Part shown: positions 36,151 to 50,160 of the stretch, in pieces | How the letters are laid out: each line of letters opens with the position of its first letter | How positions within the stretch are numbered: the first letter of the stretch is position 1 | Program-made: the position numbers and the translations under genes | Notes under the pieces: model-generated | Databases searched by the model: none | The model's input: only the letters and a program-made list of their open reading frames with translations | Told to the model about the DNA's origin: nothing | Assembly: GCF_036321535.1 (NCBI RefSeq) | Contig: NC_087447.1 | Coordinates: 36,520,001-36,584,000 of the forward strand | Direction of reading: 5' to 3' | Length of the DNA: 64,000 nt | Source: Camelus dromedarius | Taxonomy: Eukaryota

Positions 36151-38684
36151 TTATTTTAAAAAACTTCCATGTTCATACTGTCCAATGCAGTCCTTAACAC
36201 ATGGTCACTATTTACTGAATGAATAAATGAACTAATAGAGGAATGGAACAATCCATGGTTACTGGGTGTTCTGAAGATTCGTTTTACTAAACAGATTGTG
36301 ATTTTCCAGAAAGATGGAAGATAGAGAAGAAAATGTGCTGCCCTCAAGAACAAAGTGGCTACCTTTATTTTGTAAATGTCTTCTTAGAACTTTTCTAGTT
36401 CTTAAAGAAGTAGCTTCCTTCAAGTTGTATATTAATTCTTGTGAGATAATTCTTAATTTTTTGCCCATCATAAAATGTTGCTTGTTTATTCCTAAATTCT
36501 CTGCAGGAGGAGGTATGCATTAAAGTCTTTTTTTCCTTTTTTTATAATAATGAACTCTGTGATTTTGGAAGCTTGTACTTTTTAACCTGTTTGCTGTAAA
36601 ATTCACCAATAGTGTAAATCAGTTGATAATGAGATTCAAAGTTGTTTGTTGTTTTTAATATATGCAACAAGACTGAATTGATATGACAGATGAGATTTAT
36701 TGACTTCATATTGACATATATTAAAATATTATTTGCCCTGAATCTCTGGAATCCAACTTGTTCCAAATATAAAGTATCTCCAGAGTTAGAGATCTTAACT
36801 CCTAATGAGTCCAGTGATTGAAAAACTGAGACATATGTCAGCCACACTATTTTCTGGATGCATTTTATTCTATCCCCCATTGTTTAAATGCAATTGAAGA
36901 AATGGGATGTATTGTGTATATTGCATAATTTTAATCTGTACTTTTAAAAAAATAGTTTCTAGAGAGACAAGGTAAGATCATTTTTTAAAAATGTGAGTAC
37001 TTAAGAATCTTTTGGATTCTTTATGAGTTTAGGCTTTTGTATATACAGCATTTTGCTATAGATTTATTTTGTGGGTAACTTCAAAGTTATAATTTATAAT
37101 TCAAAATTGGATAAAATGTGAGAATAGTTTATATCAGAACCAGTATTCTTTACTGGCTTTGAATAGTACACAAAGTGTGTCCACATAGGGCTCTGTGGAG
37201 TCCGAGGTAAAACTGCTCTTCTGAATCCCAAAATATCAGAAAGCCATGAAGAGGAAAAGGGTGAAATGCCAAAAATAAATGACAGAGCTATCTTCCTCTG
37301 GTCAGACTCTCCTGTACTTCTCGTACCCATGGAAGTAGGCATTACAGAGTTGCTAGAAACTGGTGAAACTAGATTGGGGAAGCCTGAGACACCATTCCCT
37401 ACAAAGAGAAGGAGGTTTGGTGAAGAAAACTAATGGATGTATTAGCCATAGATACTTAAAGCTGTCCAGATGCCCCAGACTTTATCAATTCTGACTAGAA
37501 AATGGAATAAATTATCTGGGTCACTTAGGCAAAAGCATATGGAAATCATAGGAGCTGGGGAAGGGCTGAATTATATGTTTATTTCATAGTGCAACTTAAT
37601 TTCAGATGCCAGTACCTAATCTATTATAGCCATTTGTGCTATAAATGCCATGTTGGGAGTAATAGTTCCTATAAGTGATGATGATCTAGATCCATTTTTT
37701 TTCCAGAATGAATTTTATTTAAATCTAGTTAGCTAACTAACTAGGTTAGTTAACCAACCTAGATGTTTACTGGCTTTATTTAAAATATGTGGGTTGAATC
37801 AAATCAATCCCCAGAGTCTAGGAAAGTTTCTGACCTAAATTAGGAATCCAAGTTCCATTATTATTTTCAGTTGAACACTACTCATATCCATCCTCACATT
37901 TTGGAAAGAATATGGCCTTTGCAACAAAGTTTCTTTGTTTTCATGGAACTGAAAATGTGCTGTATTTAGACCAAACAATAAAAATAAACTACCAAACTAC
38001 CTTCTAATGCATGGGGGTTCTGGAGAGAGGAAACCATAGATATTTAGAGGCATAAAGTGAGTCATTGTGCTAGTTAAAACTTTACAAGGCTAGCTCTGTG
38101 TGTTTGAGTTGCATCTGTTACCTCTTCAGCCAGAACGAAAGTGTGTGCAAGCAAAAGAATTTTGGATTGAGTTGTGGCTCATACAGAATGCACTGTATAC
38201 AGCCTAAGCATCTAAATGGGTTTCATATCTTGGGTAGAACAAAAACTGCATCTTTTCATATTTATTATACCTACAAGGTGTTCCTCTTGGACATATCCAA
38301 AATATTTTCTGTGAAGTTAATTTATTTTAACTTGCAGACAGAAATTAATCATGTTTTCAAATGTGACTTGCAAGCCTTTATCCCCTTCAAAATTTTCTCC
38401 CCTTTTCTTACTTACTTATATTTTTAAACACCTACTTTATTACTGACAATTTTTCGAAAAAGCCATAGTGGATGGAGATGTTGTACTTTTAGATGTAGAT
38501 GCAGAACAATGAAATAATTGTTTCTTTTGGTATTATCATTCTCGGAAAAAATTGTTAGGGTAGATGGGGACAACTGCCTGAGTTAAAAATAGAATAATTT
38601 GTAGCCAGAATGTATTCTTTAATAAAGCATGTAAATGCAATTTACTTATCCTTTTTTCCTTTCATTTTCTATCTAAACTTTCAG

Positions 38685-38756
38685 GTCACTTTCATGAATT
38701 CAAAGGCAATTTACCAGTGAATTCTGGGTGCTGGGCTGATTTTTTTGTGCGTATTT
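38685..38756 (+). other. SOX6: 72-nt exon, probably a 5'-UTR (non-coding) exon of SOX6
   Basis: Long polypyrimidine tract (38641-38682) plus CAG acceptor and T|GTAAGT donor. The sequence GTCACTTTCATGAATTCAAAGGCAATTTACCAGTG...GTATTT resembles, from memory only, the SOX6 5'UTR exon that splices to AAGAATGTCTTCC. The exon structure is better supported than the gene name. Confidence 0.55.
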
Positions 38757-39539
38757 GTAAGTATTGGTTTATTTATTACTCCTATTACTTTTCTTATTGT
38801 GTAATGAAACAGTTACAGTGTTCTTAAAGTACTGTTTGTTTTTTGTAAGTGTTTTTAAAAAGGAGTATGGGAAAGTATCAGCTGGTGAAAAAAGCCTCAG
38901 TTTGTTGTTATTTCCAATGAAATAACACAATAGCTGGGGTAATTACAATGGGCTGAAAGAATAAATATCTACTCTTTGAAGACAGGACTCAATTGTAGGA
39001 ATGGATTACCTTAAAGGGGCTAGTCTATATACAAATGAATAATTTACCCTGATAACTTCGTACAGTCTTTTTGCTTGTCTGGTCTTGAAAAGTGCTGTGT
39101 GTCTGTACTCATTGAAAAGACGTGAGATCATACAAAATTCAAAGAGCTGTCAGTATATGAGGATATTATGTAAGAAGGAACCAAAGACTTATTTAGTGAA
39201 TGTATAATGTATATCAAAATTGGAGTGTTCCTGCCTTCTTCACCATCCTCAAAACCATTATATTTAAATGATATTTTGAAGAAACAAAGATAATTTTTCT
39301 CAGGAAAGAAAGTCAATTTCAAGAAAAAAATGGAATGAACCTTAATGATCAACTGAAATACTTTGAATTGTTATGTACTGATTAATATAAAAGAAGTTTA
39401 GAGTATGTGACAGGTATTAAAATGCCTGTGCATATATAAGACCACATTTAAGTAACTTGAGTTTAACGTATATTTATATGTGTACATTGTTGTAAACCAT
39501 TGGCATCTAAGGTGATCTTTTACATTTGATAATAACAAA

Positions 39540-39563
39540 GACAGAGGAAAATTTTCCTCTGTC
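39540..39563. repeat. Perfect 24-bp palindrome
   Basis: gacagaggaaaattttcctctgtc equals its own reverse complement. Confidence 0.95.
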
Positions 39564-41337
39564 AGTGTACTCTTATAAAGGAGTTTTAGATAATATACTT
39601 CTAGGAAAGTATTTGAAAAAAAGTAACATTATAAATTAGAGTTTAAATGCTTCAGTATTTAAGCAGAGAGCAGTGAAAATTAATTTAAAACCAGCTTTAC
39701 TTTTCTTTTTGTAGTAGCATTGATTGGGGCAGGCATTTTTAACCAACTTAAAAAAAAAGATGTGCATATTAATATAGTTGAATATATTTTGCATATTTTT
39801 AATGCTTAAAGAATGAATAAGATGTTATTTTTATGAAACTGTCAATCCACATTTTATTATTTGAAGACTTAATTCTTATGTAAAACACAAAATATTAAAC
39901 TGTGTGGTTCATTTGGATTAAATACAAGCTTTTAATTTGTGCAAGGTATCATAGTGCGGATTAGGAGGCAAAGAAGATGGAGAAAATAATGTAAAGTATC
40001 TTTGAAGGAAAATATCTCAAGGAAAAGGATGATTCCAAGGACCTGAGCTTATTTTATTTGAAATCTGAGTGAAGGGAAATAATGCTGAGCGGTCCAAATC
40101 TGGTTGTTGCTTTATTGTTTCTTTTACTTCCTTTCTTTCTTCTGTCATATCATTCAGTCATTCCCTCTATTAAGTTTTTAGGATAAATAAACTTTAAAAA
40201 TGATAAATACAAGATAATTAACAGCATTTCAAACAGGATGGCCTTAATTAAAATATGTAGTTTACATTTCTCATCACCCAAAGGCTGTTTCCTGAATTCT
40301 TCACTTCTTCCCCGACCCCCAGCCCCTGAGCAGACACACACAGACTAGCTTTGAACAGAGGTGATCCAATTAGCTAAGATTTTTTTCTTGTGATGTAACA
40401 AGGGAAGAGGCTAAAAACAGAAGAAAGGGCATTGCAGGGATAGTTTTCATATGGTTATTTCTGGAGTTCAAATTTTAAAAAGCTCCAAAATCTTCTAGTC
40501 AGATTTTGTCTAATCACTTAGGTAGAAACCATATTAATCATACAGGCCTAGTCTTCGTTTTCCAGTTTTGAGAATGTCCGTATGGTAGTTTAGGGCATGG
40601 AGTTTGTTGTTCCTTTGGTCAGTGGTCTCAAGCTTTGTTAGGGCCATCTCACTGTGGAACCTTCTTATTAAAGGAACGTAGCAGGTTATTATGACTAAGA
40701 ACAGTCAGATAAAATTAACATGGCATCCAGAATGCTTGAGTTCTCACTTCTTTCAATTATTGCAGAAACTGTCCACCACTTACACTGAATGGTGAGGCAG
40801 CTAAAACAATAGAAATATTTATCTAGTCTAGGCTAAAAACAAACAAATGGGAATAGTGACAATGGCTTCTTTTAGGAACTTTAATTTCCATGTCTTAGAA
40901 CTGCTTATTTGCTACATGATCTAAGGCAGAAAGTTATACCTCATGGCCGTGGGAAGGTTTCTTAGTAAGGTGTGCAGAAGTCGATCTCTGCGATAAGGAA
41001 GGTGGGATATTGTTTTGCACATTCATAATGAATAGGCCACACCAAGGGTGTTTGAGAAGCGATTGGAATCTTACCTACCCACATCTACTATCTAGGTTGG
41101 AGTAGGAAAACATTGGGAAGGAAAATGGTTATCTTTTCAAAAGCCGAAAGCATCTTATTCTATTTTTTTTCTCTTAAAAAAAAAAAAACCTATCTTTTTC
41201 TTTTCCCAAAATAAGCATTGTATAAGAAGATTCTGTTTTGCATGCTAATATCCTACATTTAATTTTTCATCTCTAATTAAAAAATAATTAATTCTGACCA
41301 TTCAGTTTTACCAGGGCAATAAATGATTGGTTAAAAA

Positions 41338-41377
41338 CAGCAACAATAACAACAACAACAACAACAACAACAAAAAC
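41338..41377. repeat. (CAA)n microsatellite
   Basis: cagcaacaataacaacaacaac... Confidence 0.95.
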
Positions 41378-44300
41378 AGAGATAGATCATTAGATAGCCT
41401 GCTTTTTCAGGTTCCCGAGCTTTGAAATTTGATACTGAATTCCCTTTTATAAAATTCTGTCTCTGTTCATGATGTCTAAGGGCAATCTTTTCCCTGAAAA
41501 GGTCCAAAAATATTTTATTGTCTGGTACAAAAAGTGATGGTTGCTTAGCCCCCTGCTTAGGGTAATAATAATAATATCTTAATTTGGAATAACACTTGCT
41601 TTTGCAGACATTAAATTGGCTAAATTTTGTGAAACTTATTATCCTCATTTTTGCAGAGTAGCAGGACTCAAACCGTGGGATTCATAGTATAAATGCAGTG
41701 CTCTTTTCATAACACCAATCTATCCTCTCTCAGAGAGTATTTTGGCTCTCTTTCTTTTGTTACTTGATCACTATCTCAGTCTCTACGCAGTTGCTATACA
41801 AATATTTTTGAAAAGTTGAGGTAGAGTAAGTCAGGGAGGAGATTGTGGAGATCCTTCTACCGCTTTATTTCCTCATGTTCCTGGATCATTTACTCCTCCC
41901 TGACATTTTCCTATCCCCCTATTCCAAAACTGCCACATGTCATGCTTCAGCTGAAATTTTTTGAATTGCATAGATTTTTTAGGAAACAAACAAAAAGAAT
42001 CATGAAATCATCTCTTTGTGGTATTTTAAAATGGAAAGAAATTTGTTTCAAACTGAGCATAGCCCAGACCAAAGCTCGCCCTCAGTGAGAACATCTGTGC
42101 TTTTAAGGACAAGTAGGTCTAAGTGCATTATCTCTAAAAAATATTATTCCAGGCTAATCTTGACATAGAGCAGGTAAATAAAAAAGATGAGCTGTGAAAA
42201 TCCACAAATAGGGCTTGAATGCCATTTTCCATGACAACGGGAGCTGCCCCATGAAAGCATTAATGCTGGGAATGTAAGGAATTTAAAATTGTGCCTTCTC
42301 AGTTTTACAGTTGTGTGCTCATGTTAATTAGAGATATACTGACATTTGAAGTATCTACATTAATACACACAGCTACTATACATTTGTGAACTGTGGCCAG
42401 AAATCTACTTTAATTGAAAGCAGTTTGCTAATCTGAATGTGTATATCCATTACATTTTAAGCTTTTACGTTTTATATACTAGTGCCCTTAGATACTTGTT
42501 TTTTCTGCTCTTTATACTTTCTGTTTCTAATTTATACCTGAAAGGACAGCCTAGTCTATTTTTAATCTCCTAGAGGTGTTTTGGAGCAATATTGCTGGAA
42601 TTTTGAGAAAAAAAGATTTTTAATAGTGTCTTTTTATTTGCTGTAGTTTGAATCTTTTTTCCCTCTCTGACTTTCTAAATTGTTGGTTTTTCTTGCAAAC
42701 CTTTAAGATGGCCTGACACTGAAATAAGGTAGGATTTAGGTTTATGGAATTTGCTTCACTGGCTATATTTAAGCACTAAAGAGCTACTCTTCACCATCAC
42801 ACTATGGTTTTAGCCAGAAAAGCTCAGTATTAGAGACCTTGATGTGATGAACAGTGAAGAGGCATTCTAGTTTTCCTAATGTAGCTGAGATTCATCCTTC
42901 CCTCTTGATGTCAAACCATGTATTTTAATTTTTGATTTTAAAATATGTTCACAATTGCTTGATGACTTTTTGAGTCATCTTTAGTCATAGAGTTTTTTCT
43001 TTGTCTGTCTTAAAAGAAGATCTTATATCTATTTTTTGCAAATTTGTGTTTCTTAAGAATCTGCCTGTCAGGTTTTGTAACCCAATTGTTTCGTCCTTTT
43101 TGTTTAATGAAACTTTCACACATACTTTTGGACCAATCCCTGTGTATTACACAAGACCAGTTAGAAAGAAGTTTCCTTTTTGTACCATCAGAAAAAGTTG
43201 CTCTAAAAAATTCTAATATTCTGGACTTACTTCATTAAACCATTTTACTGGCACCATTAAACTACTGAGACCTGGGACCTTTAAAACTTACTCAGTATTG
43301 TTATTATTATTATGGCCTATTTTACCCTTTATTACATTTTTTCACTATACTAAGTTCCTCTGTTCTTTATTTTTTCATGTTGCTTACTACATATTGTGCC
43401 ATCACAGCACATTTAGTAATTTCAAGTTAATTGCTCAATTATCAGTAATAGTTATGAAGCACTTCAAACATGCGCAGTGGAAGATTTTAAAAATTTCAAA
43501 ATAAGTTGGTGTGTTATAATCTTAAATGTGAAACATGCCAATATCTGCAATCATAAAAATACACTGCCTGAGCTAGGCATTTCAGGGAAGGCAAAAACCT
43601 ACTCTTAAAATCAGGGCTTTTGTCTGGCACTGAAGTGTTTCATCTTTGCTAATTTCAAACAACGTATCTAAATTTGATCTTGGTTTCCTTTTCAGCTCTA
43701 AAAATTTGGATGTGGTCATAAGGGAAAAGGGAAGTAAAAATGTATTGATTCTGTTCTAATGTTTTACTGGAACCTCAAAATCACGATGTTCACTGTAAAG
43801 TGGAATTTGGTGTGAGGTGGATCCATATTGGAAACCAATCAAGGAAGCTGACTTACTAAAGAAGGAGAATGATCTCTTTATAATGTTTCTGCACTCATTT
43901 ACACAATCCTCTAATCAGAAGACAGTGTTAGAGTGAAGGTATTATGTTAATGATTTATTTATATTGAAAAAAAACCCCATGAGAACAGTGACACTTTGGG
44001 GAATTTTTCTATATCCTACTCAGTAATATTCTTGGATGCCTTCAAGATAACTTACACATTATGGCAAAATAATTATTGTAACTCTTTTGGCAACTAGGCA
44101 AACTATCATTAAATTTTGCATTAGTATTCAGTTTAGGGTTTTCTCTAAACTAATATAGTGCCAACAGCTCTTTTTTAGATGCTATAATGGTTCTTTCACA
44201 TTTTTATGGTACTGTAGTAAAGCTGAATTTACTGGCTACATTTGAAGGTGGAGTAGAGCAGCACAAGAGTCAACATTAAAATGATTCAGTGCCCGTTGGA

Positions 44301-47300
44301 GAAAAATTCTTCTTAACTTGATATTGGAAACAATGTGGGGCTTGAGGGCAGTTTGCTAAGAATGGCTAATAAATCTGAGTATTCCCCCTAAAGCTGTTCT
44401 CTGAACTTGTTTTTAACCAAGAAGATAGGTTTAATCGTCTTTCAGTGTTCTTACATATTTTTATTAATGTTTAAAGGAATTAAACGCATATAGAGAAGGG
44501 GAAATAAAGCCATAATTTGAACTGGGTGGTGGTCTCAAGTATAGGAAGTGAAGAAGAACCAATAAACGCATTAATTATGTACAGCTAACTATTATTTTAT
44601 AATATAAAAATCTATAAAGTGTGAAATATAGTCTGTCTATAATTCAGGAAAAAGTAAAGTCAGTGCTTTACTCAAGCATTTAGATAGAAATATTTTAAGT
44701 AACTATTCAGTTTATAAAGATTGTTTGAATAATCAACAAAATCGAGTTCATTTTGTTGTAAACTTGTCTCTACACATCATTCTCAGCACATAGTTTGTCT
44801 GAAGTACATATTTTATGTTATCTTGGAGTATGGATATAAATGCTTATCATTTCACCAAATTTTTGCCAGCTCCAAACATTAAAATGTGAGCTAAATGTTA
44901 CCAGTAAAGATAAAAACATTTTCCGCATTCTCTTCTCTTTTTCTCCCTTCCTTCTCTCTCCTTCCCTTTTGCCCTACTCTCTCTTGTTCTCCATATTTCT
45001 TATTGGAGTTTTTCAAAGATGCAAAGCAATTATTATGTAAAAAGATTAATTTCCTAAGCATTACCTTCTATACATGACTGGCAGAAAGACTTATCTTTAA
45101 TGTTTAATCAGTCAGAAGTTTTATCCACATGATCTAATGCTTGTTTTTTTATTATTATTTGTTTAGAAAGTGCTTGCAAGAGAAAAATAAAGGTGGTCTC
45201 TAGAGTAAAGCCTTAAAACTTGATTTATTATTGGAAAGTTTGTGTGGGTGGAGTTTTCTTTGGATATAAATGGTACTGGAGTTAGCTCTTTTTCTTTTCA
45301 GCTCACACAGTTTCATATAAACTTAAGTGAATGAATTCATTAATAAAGCAGATTTTCTATTTTTATTTCATCTTTGGGCTCTTTTATACCTTTGGAAAAT
45401 AGAAGCACAACAAAAAGGTATGTTTGACAGTTAATTATTGTTTTTACCTTTTTGACCCATGTATAGTAGATAATTAAGCAATAGCATTAATGGAATCCAA
45501 GTCTGCACCCCAAGTCTGCATCCAAGTCATAACTCTCTACATTAAGCAGAATATGGATTCTTTTTTTCCTAAAGCTATGGTGGCTGGTAACAAGCTTATG
45601 GCTTGGTTTTAATTATTGCTGCTAGTATTCTGAGTTTCACTGAACAAAGTATGGAAGAAATACAGATGTCATTTTCTTGTAAATATTATTTCTCTTCCAA
45701 TAATACATATATATGGCATCATCAATTAGAATGGGTTATTTTTAAGGTGAGATTGGTTATATATAATTTGATATCTGATATAGCAGTAGGTGCACACACA
45801 TGGAATGGTTGACAACTTTAAGGGTTGGAAGCATTCTGGGCTTTGTCCCTGGTAGTGACAGTATGTGGAGGCCACTGTTGATTTTGTGATAGTTACAGAG
45901 AATTTTTTCCCTGGACTTGCAGTCACAGAATAGATAGCTGCAAGACAATATCTGGGGGAAGACAGAGAAAGTAAGGCATGAAAAATGTGGGTGTAGACAA
46001 GAGATCTGAGTGTCAGAAATCTTTGAGGTCCTAGAGATTTCTGAGGAGAAGATACATGGTTGAACAAATGGAAGAAATACCTGTCCCTCAAGTTTCACAG
46101 CCGTAATTGAGGAGAGGAGATAAAACGCAGAGAAATTAGTGAAACAGGAAATGACTGAAATAGGAAGTTTTTGTAAAATCAGAAAATGGATTTGAGGATT
46201 GTTTTTTAAGATGTGGAAATACTTATTTGGCTCAGACAGTAGTAACTTAAAAGGAGTTATATGTTTTTTTTTTCCCTAATCTGTTTCAATTTTGTTGATT
46301 TCAGTTCAATGTATTTTTAAGGACAACTGTAGGAATTTTAGGAAATGGGCACCTCCCTGGTTAAAAAAAAACAGTAAGAATAATTTTGCTTTATCTGGGT
46401 AAAGATGAATACACACACAAACATACATATATAAATATAAATATAAATAAATATATGAATACAGTCATCTTATTATCACACTCTATGTCTTATATTGGAG
46501 ACCTTTGGAAGAGTTTCACTGTAACTATCACCAAGTAGCACCCTTATATCTTCTAGAAGAAAGAATCACATGAATTAGGTTTCAGTTATGGTATACGATG
46601 TTTTTAGTTTTGGAGGTTGGGAAACTCTTTGAATCACATTTCTGTGAAGTGACTTTTAGTGTAATGAATCTTTCTACCTTTCCTATCTCGTTCCACTTCC
46701 CTTCTTCCTTTCCTTTCCCTCCATCCTTTCACTCCTTTCTTTAGTTTAGAGACAGTTTTCAATTAGTGTGTATGCTTCTTGCCAAGCTGTAAGATAATAC
46801 CTAACATGTGTTCATTAAGTTATATACCTTTTTGATTAAGGACTAGAGTTCTGATTGAGTTTCTTGTATGAACTAAGAGCACTTGCATTCGTTTTGTGCA
46901 ATCAAAGGAACTAAGGAACTGTTGGAATTAGTTTTACTACTGTGAAGTGAAGATAAGATAATTGGAAAGAAATTACAGTCTTTATTGACCCAGAAGTTTA
47001 TGAAACCTGAATTAGGATTTGTCAGATTTTAAGGCTTGTTGAGTGTTTGCTCCGTAAGAACAAGATAGAGGAATAATTATGGTCTAAAGGAGAATTTTTA
47101 AGTTTTCTGAAAGACTTCCTACAGTGAGATATTATATACAACCATATACTTATAACCTTAAGGGAAGTCCATAGTTGTGTTTTTCTGGTGAGTCTTCTAC
47201 ATGGGATGAATCCCTCTCAGTTCTTGTTGTAGGTTGTTTCTTGAGAATAATTTGACTTAGGCATAAAGGGGGTTAAATATCCTTTGCAAACAAAAGGATA

Positions 47301-47679
47301 AAATTTACAAATTATCTCAAGGATACTAAGCAGGAGATGAAACCCAGATATTCCTGAAAGAAAGTCGTGGATTGGCCAAAAGTACGAGTATACAGAAAAT
47401 CAACAGAACAACAAGCTGTGCAGCAATGTGAAGTGTCTAGAGTGAACAGGCTGCAACTCTCCTCCAACAGCACCTACCAGTGCTCTAGCCCTCCACAGTT
47501 TCTGTGGCAGGAGAGGAAGGGGAGGGAATCAAGGGTCTATATTTGGCAGAGAAGTTAAAAACAACTGTTGCTAGTGTTAAACACCTGTATGTTCTAGGAA
47601 TTGTGCAAGGCACTTTTATCTTGTTGTTTTTAATCCTTTCAACAAATCCCCCGAATCCCTGGTTATTTTCTCTAAATTC

Positions 47680-47891
47680 CGATTTACCTTTTGCCTTCAT
47701 AGCAATTAAAATAATTATTAATTATCATGTATTTGTATGTTTATTTAATGTCTATTTTCTTCACTAAACTAAAGGCTCTGTCAAGACAAAGACCATGAAT
47801 ATTTTGTTCAACCTGTATACCCAGTTTCTGGCACAGTGAGTGACATGTACTAGTTCCCAATAGATATTTGTTGAATAAATAAACAAATGAA
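47680..47891 (+). mobile_element. L2 LINE 3' end
   Basis: 'ttttgttcaacctgtatacccagtttctggcacagtg...atatttgttgaataaataaacaaatgaa'. Confidence 0.8.
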
Positions 47892-49559
47892 CAGCAAAAA
47901 AAAAAAAAAAAGATAAAGGGAAGAAGGAAGGAAGGAATGCAAGGGAGAAAAAGGCATAACTGGGATTCAGACACAGTCTCTTTGACTTGAGAACACATCT
48001 CTTCCCACTCTTGAACACCAGCGTTTCACTTTTGTAGAATATTCTTGATTATGAACTTATCTGATAAAATTTCCTTAGGTTCAGCTGTCTTAGAGCACTT
48101 CAAATCTGTTTACATCTTATTATGAGAACTCTTACATCTTATCCTGAGACTGAATGCCATGAAAAAGGGTGTCCTGTCTTTTTCTCATCCTGTTGGAATA
48201 TTACAGCCAATTTATGCTAACAATTCTCTCCAGAAATACAGACTTCATATTCTAGATATTTGGGTTTCTGTTCCTCCTACGCAAGAAGTGAATTTCTCTT
48301 TCCTTCTCTGAGACTGGCCCTTAACTTAGCTCCTTGTGCTGCTGAATTGACTTTCAGTAATGGCAGAGGGAGTGTTGAGTGCCCTGCTGAGTTTGTTGCT
48401 GGAGGAGATATGTGTCACTCTTATTTAAAGAGAGCCTGTGGGAGGAGCTGGGCTCAACCCAAGGGGCTCTTATCCTGGCAGGTGCCAGGCACTGGGGCTT
48501 GGTTTGGTCATTCAGCAGTGATCTCTTTCCATTTACCTCATTTTGCTGCTTCAATTTTTCCTTGAATTTTTCTTGACAAATATCATTGTTAAGAAGGTTT
48601 TATTTTAATATTGGGTTTTTTGCATAACACTGTTGATCATTTTCATTTCATTTTATTCCCGGTGCCATCTTTTGAAAACTTTACTGTGTCCTTCCATTCT
48701 ATTTCCCAGAATGGGAGGAAATGTAAGACTATAGAGAGTAAATGCAAGCTTTGCCTAATCTCAGTGCAGAAAGGTGTCATTTTAGTTAGTCTTTCAGCAA
48801 TGCTAGTAGCCTTGAAAGCATACATTTTTCAGGCTGTTTAGATGTGGTTAATTCAAACAGGAAGTGTGTATCTCCCAGATATATTGAATGGAGCCTAATT
48901 TAAAACTTGATATTAAGTGTCCTATATAAATTCCCAAGAGGGTACAAGAAATAGATTTCTGTAATATGAAGCAATAACCATCTTTACTGGACCAAACTGA
49001 TAATCTTGGAAGCTCTGGCCATCTGGGAATCTATCATTTGAAGCAGCCTGGCCTACTTGGAAGTTAGTATCTTAGTGAGGAGTGATCTGAGCCATTAGGG
49101 TCTTCACATTGGATGGTGTAATCAGTGGTCAGTCTAATCTCCAAGTTGCCCTCTGAAAACTATTTAAAGATGTGATTATCTGTTTTCCCAGTTATGGTAA
49201 ATCCTTTTTTGGTAGCAAATATTTTCTTTCAAGGAGTGTGCTTAGCATCTGTTGGAAATTAATTCAACTCCACAAATATATACTGGGTACTGACTGTATT
49301 CAAAACATTAGATGCTGCATTAGAAACAAATACAAATGTACAGAGGTCCTGCCATCAAGAACCTTAGCATCTAAACATAATTATTAAACTCTCTTACTGC
49401 TTTTTGTGTCCCTGTGTCTAACTCAGTGTGTGGCTCAAAGGAGGGATTAATGAATGTTAATTAAGTTACCTTGATTATTGTAGAGGAGATTTGTAATTTC
49501 CTATGCAGAATATGTTAAGTGCCTTAATAAAGTAAAAAATAGTACTCTAGAGAGTGTGA

Positions 49560-50160
49560 AAGAATTAAAGATACATCCTTTTAAGAAGAAGGACCTTAAT
49601 TTAGGAAGCAGACTTTTTGATATTCTTTGAAAATTGAGTAGAATTTTTTCAGTGCAATAGAGAATGAGGAGAGAGGTGCATCCTGTTGGTGAGGGGAATA
49701 GCACAAGCATGGGTATGGAACAGATAGAAGGAAGCAGGGAAGCATGGGATAGGGAACAATGAGAAGTCCAATTTGACTGAGGTTCAGGGTATGTACAAAC
49801 TAGAATATTTAGTATTATCATATCGTTGTGGCCCGTAAACCTAAGCTAAGGCATTTGGTAGATCTTAGGGGGCCATCAAACTAAACAGTCCAGTGGTATG
49901 GCAAGAATGTTGCTTTTGAAAAATTAGTTCAGCCAGCAGTTTTTAGAATAGATTAGAGGGGGAAAAAAGACTTTAACTAGATAAACACCTTGTAAGGATT
50001 ATTACAATAGTTCAGGCAGGAGGTAAGAGGTTTAAACAAGGATGGGTATTTTAGAACAGAACATTAGAACAGAAAGAAGTGACTTTGCCAAAGTGGCATC
50101 AATAAGACTGGTTGGATTATATGCGGTGGAAAGTATGAGGAAAAGAGGGGAGTCAAAATT
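49560..50160 (-). mobile_element. L2 LINE fragment
   Basis: 'gaggggaatagcacaagcatggg', 'attattacaatagttcaggcaggaggtaagagg', 'gaggaaaagaggggagtcaaa'. Confidence 0.65.

Noticed and set aside
40880..41110. GATA/CACCC/CCAAT-like motifs as an erythroid enhancer
   Set aside because: Motifs are imperfect (cgataa, ccacacca) and could be chance; not supportable from sequence alone.
41331..41648. ORF with a poly-Cys tail
   Set aside because: The Cys run is the antisense reading of the (CAA)n microsatellite.
45497..45528. ccaagtctgca repeated about 2.5 times
   Set aside because: Ordinary short slippage duplication with no further signal.
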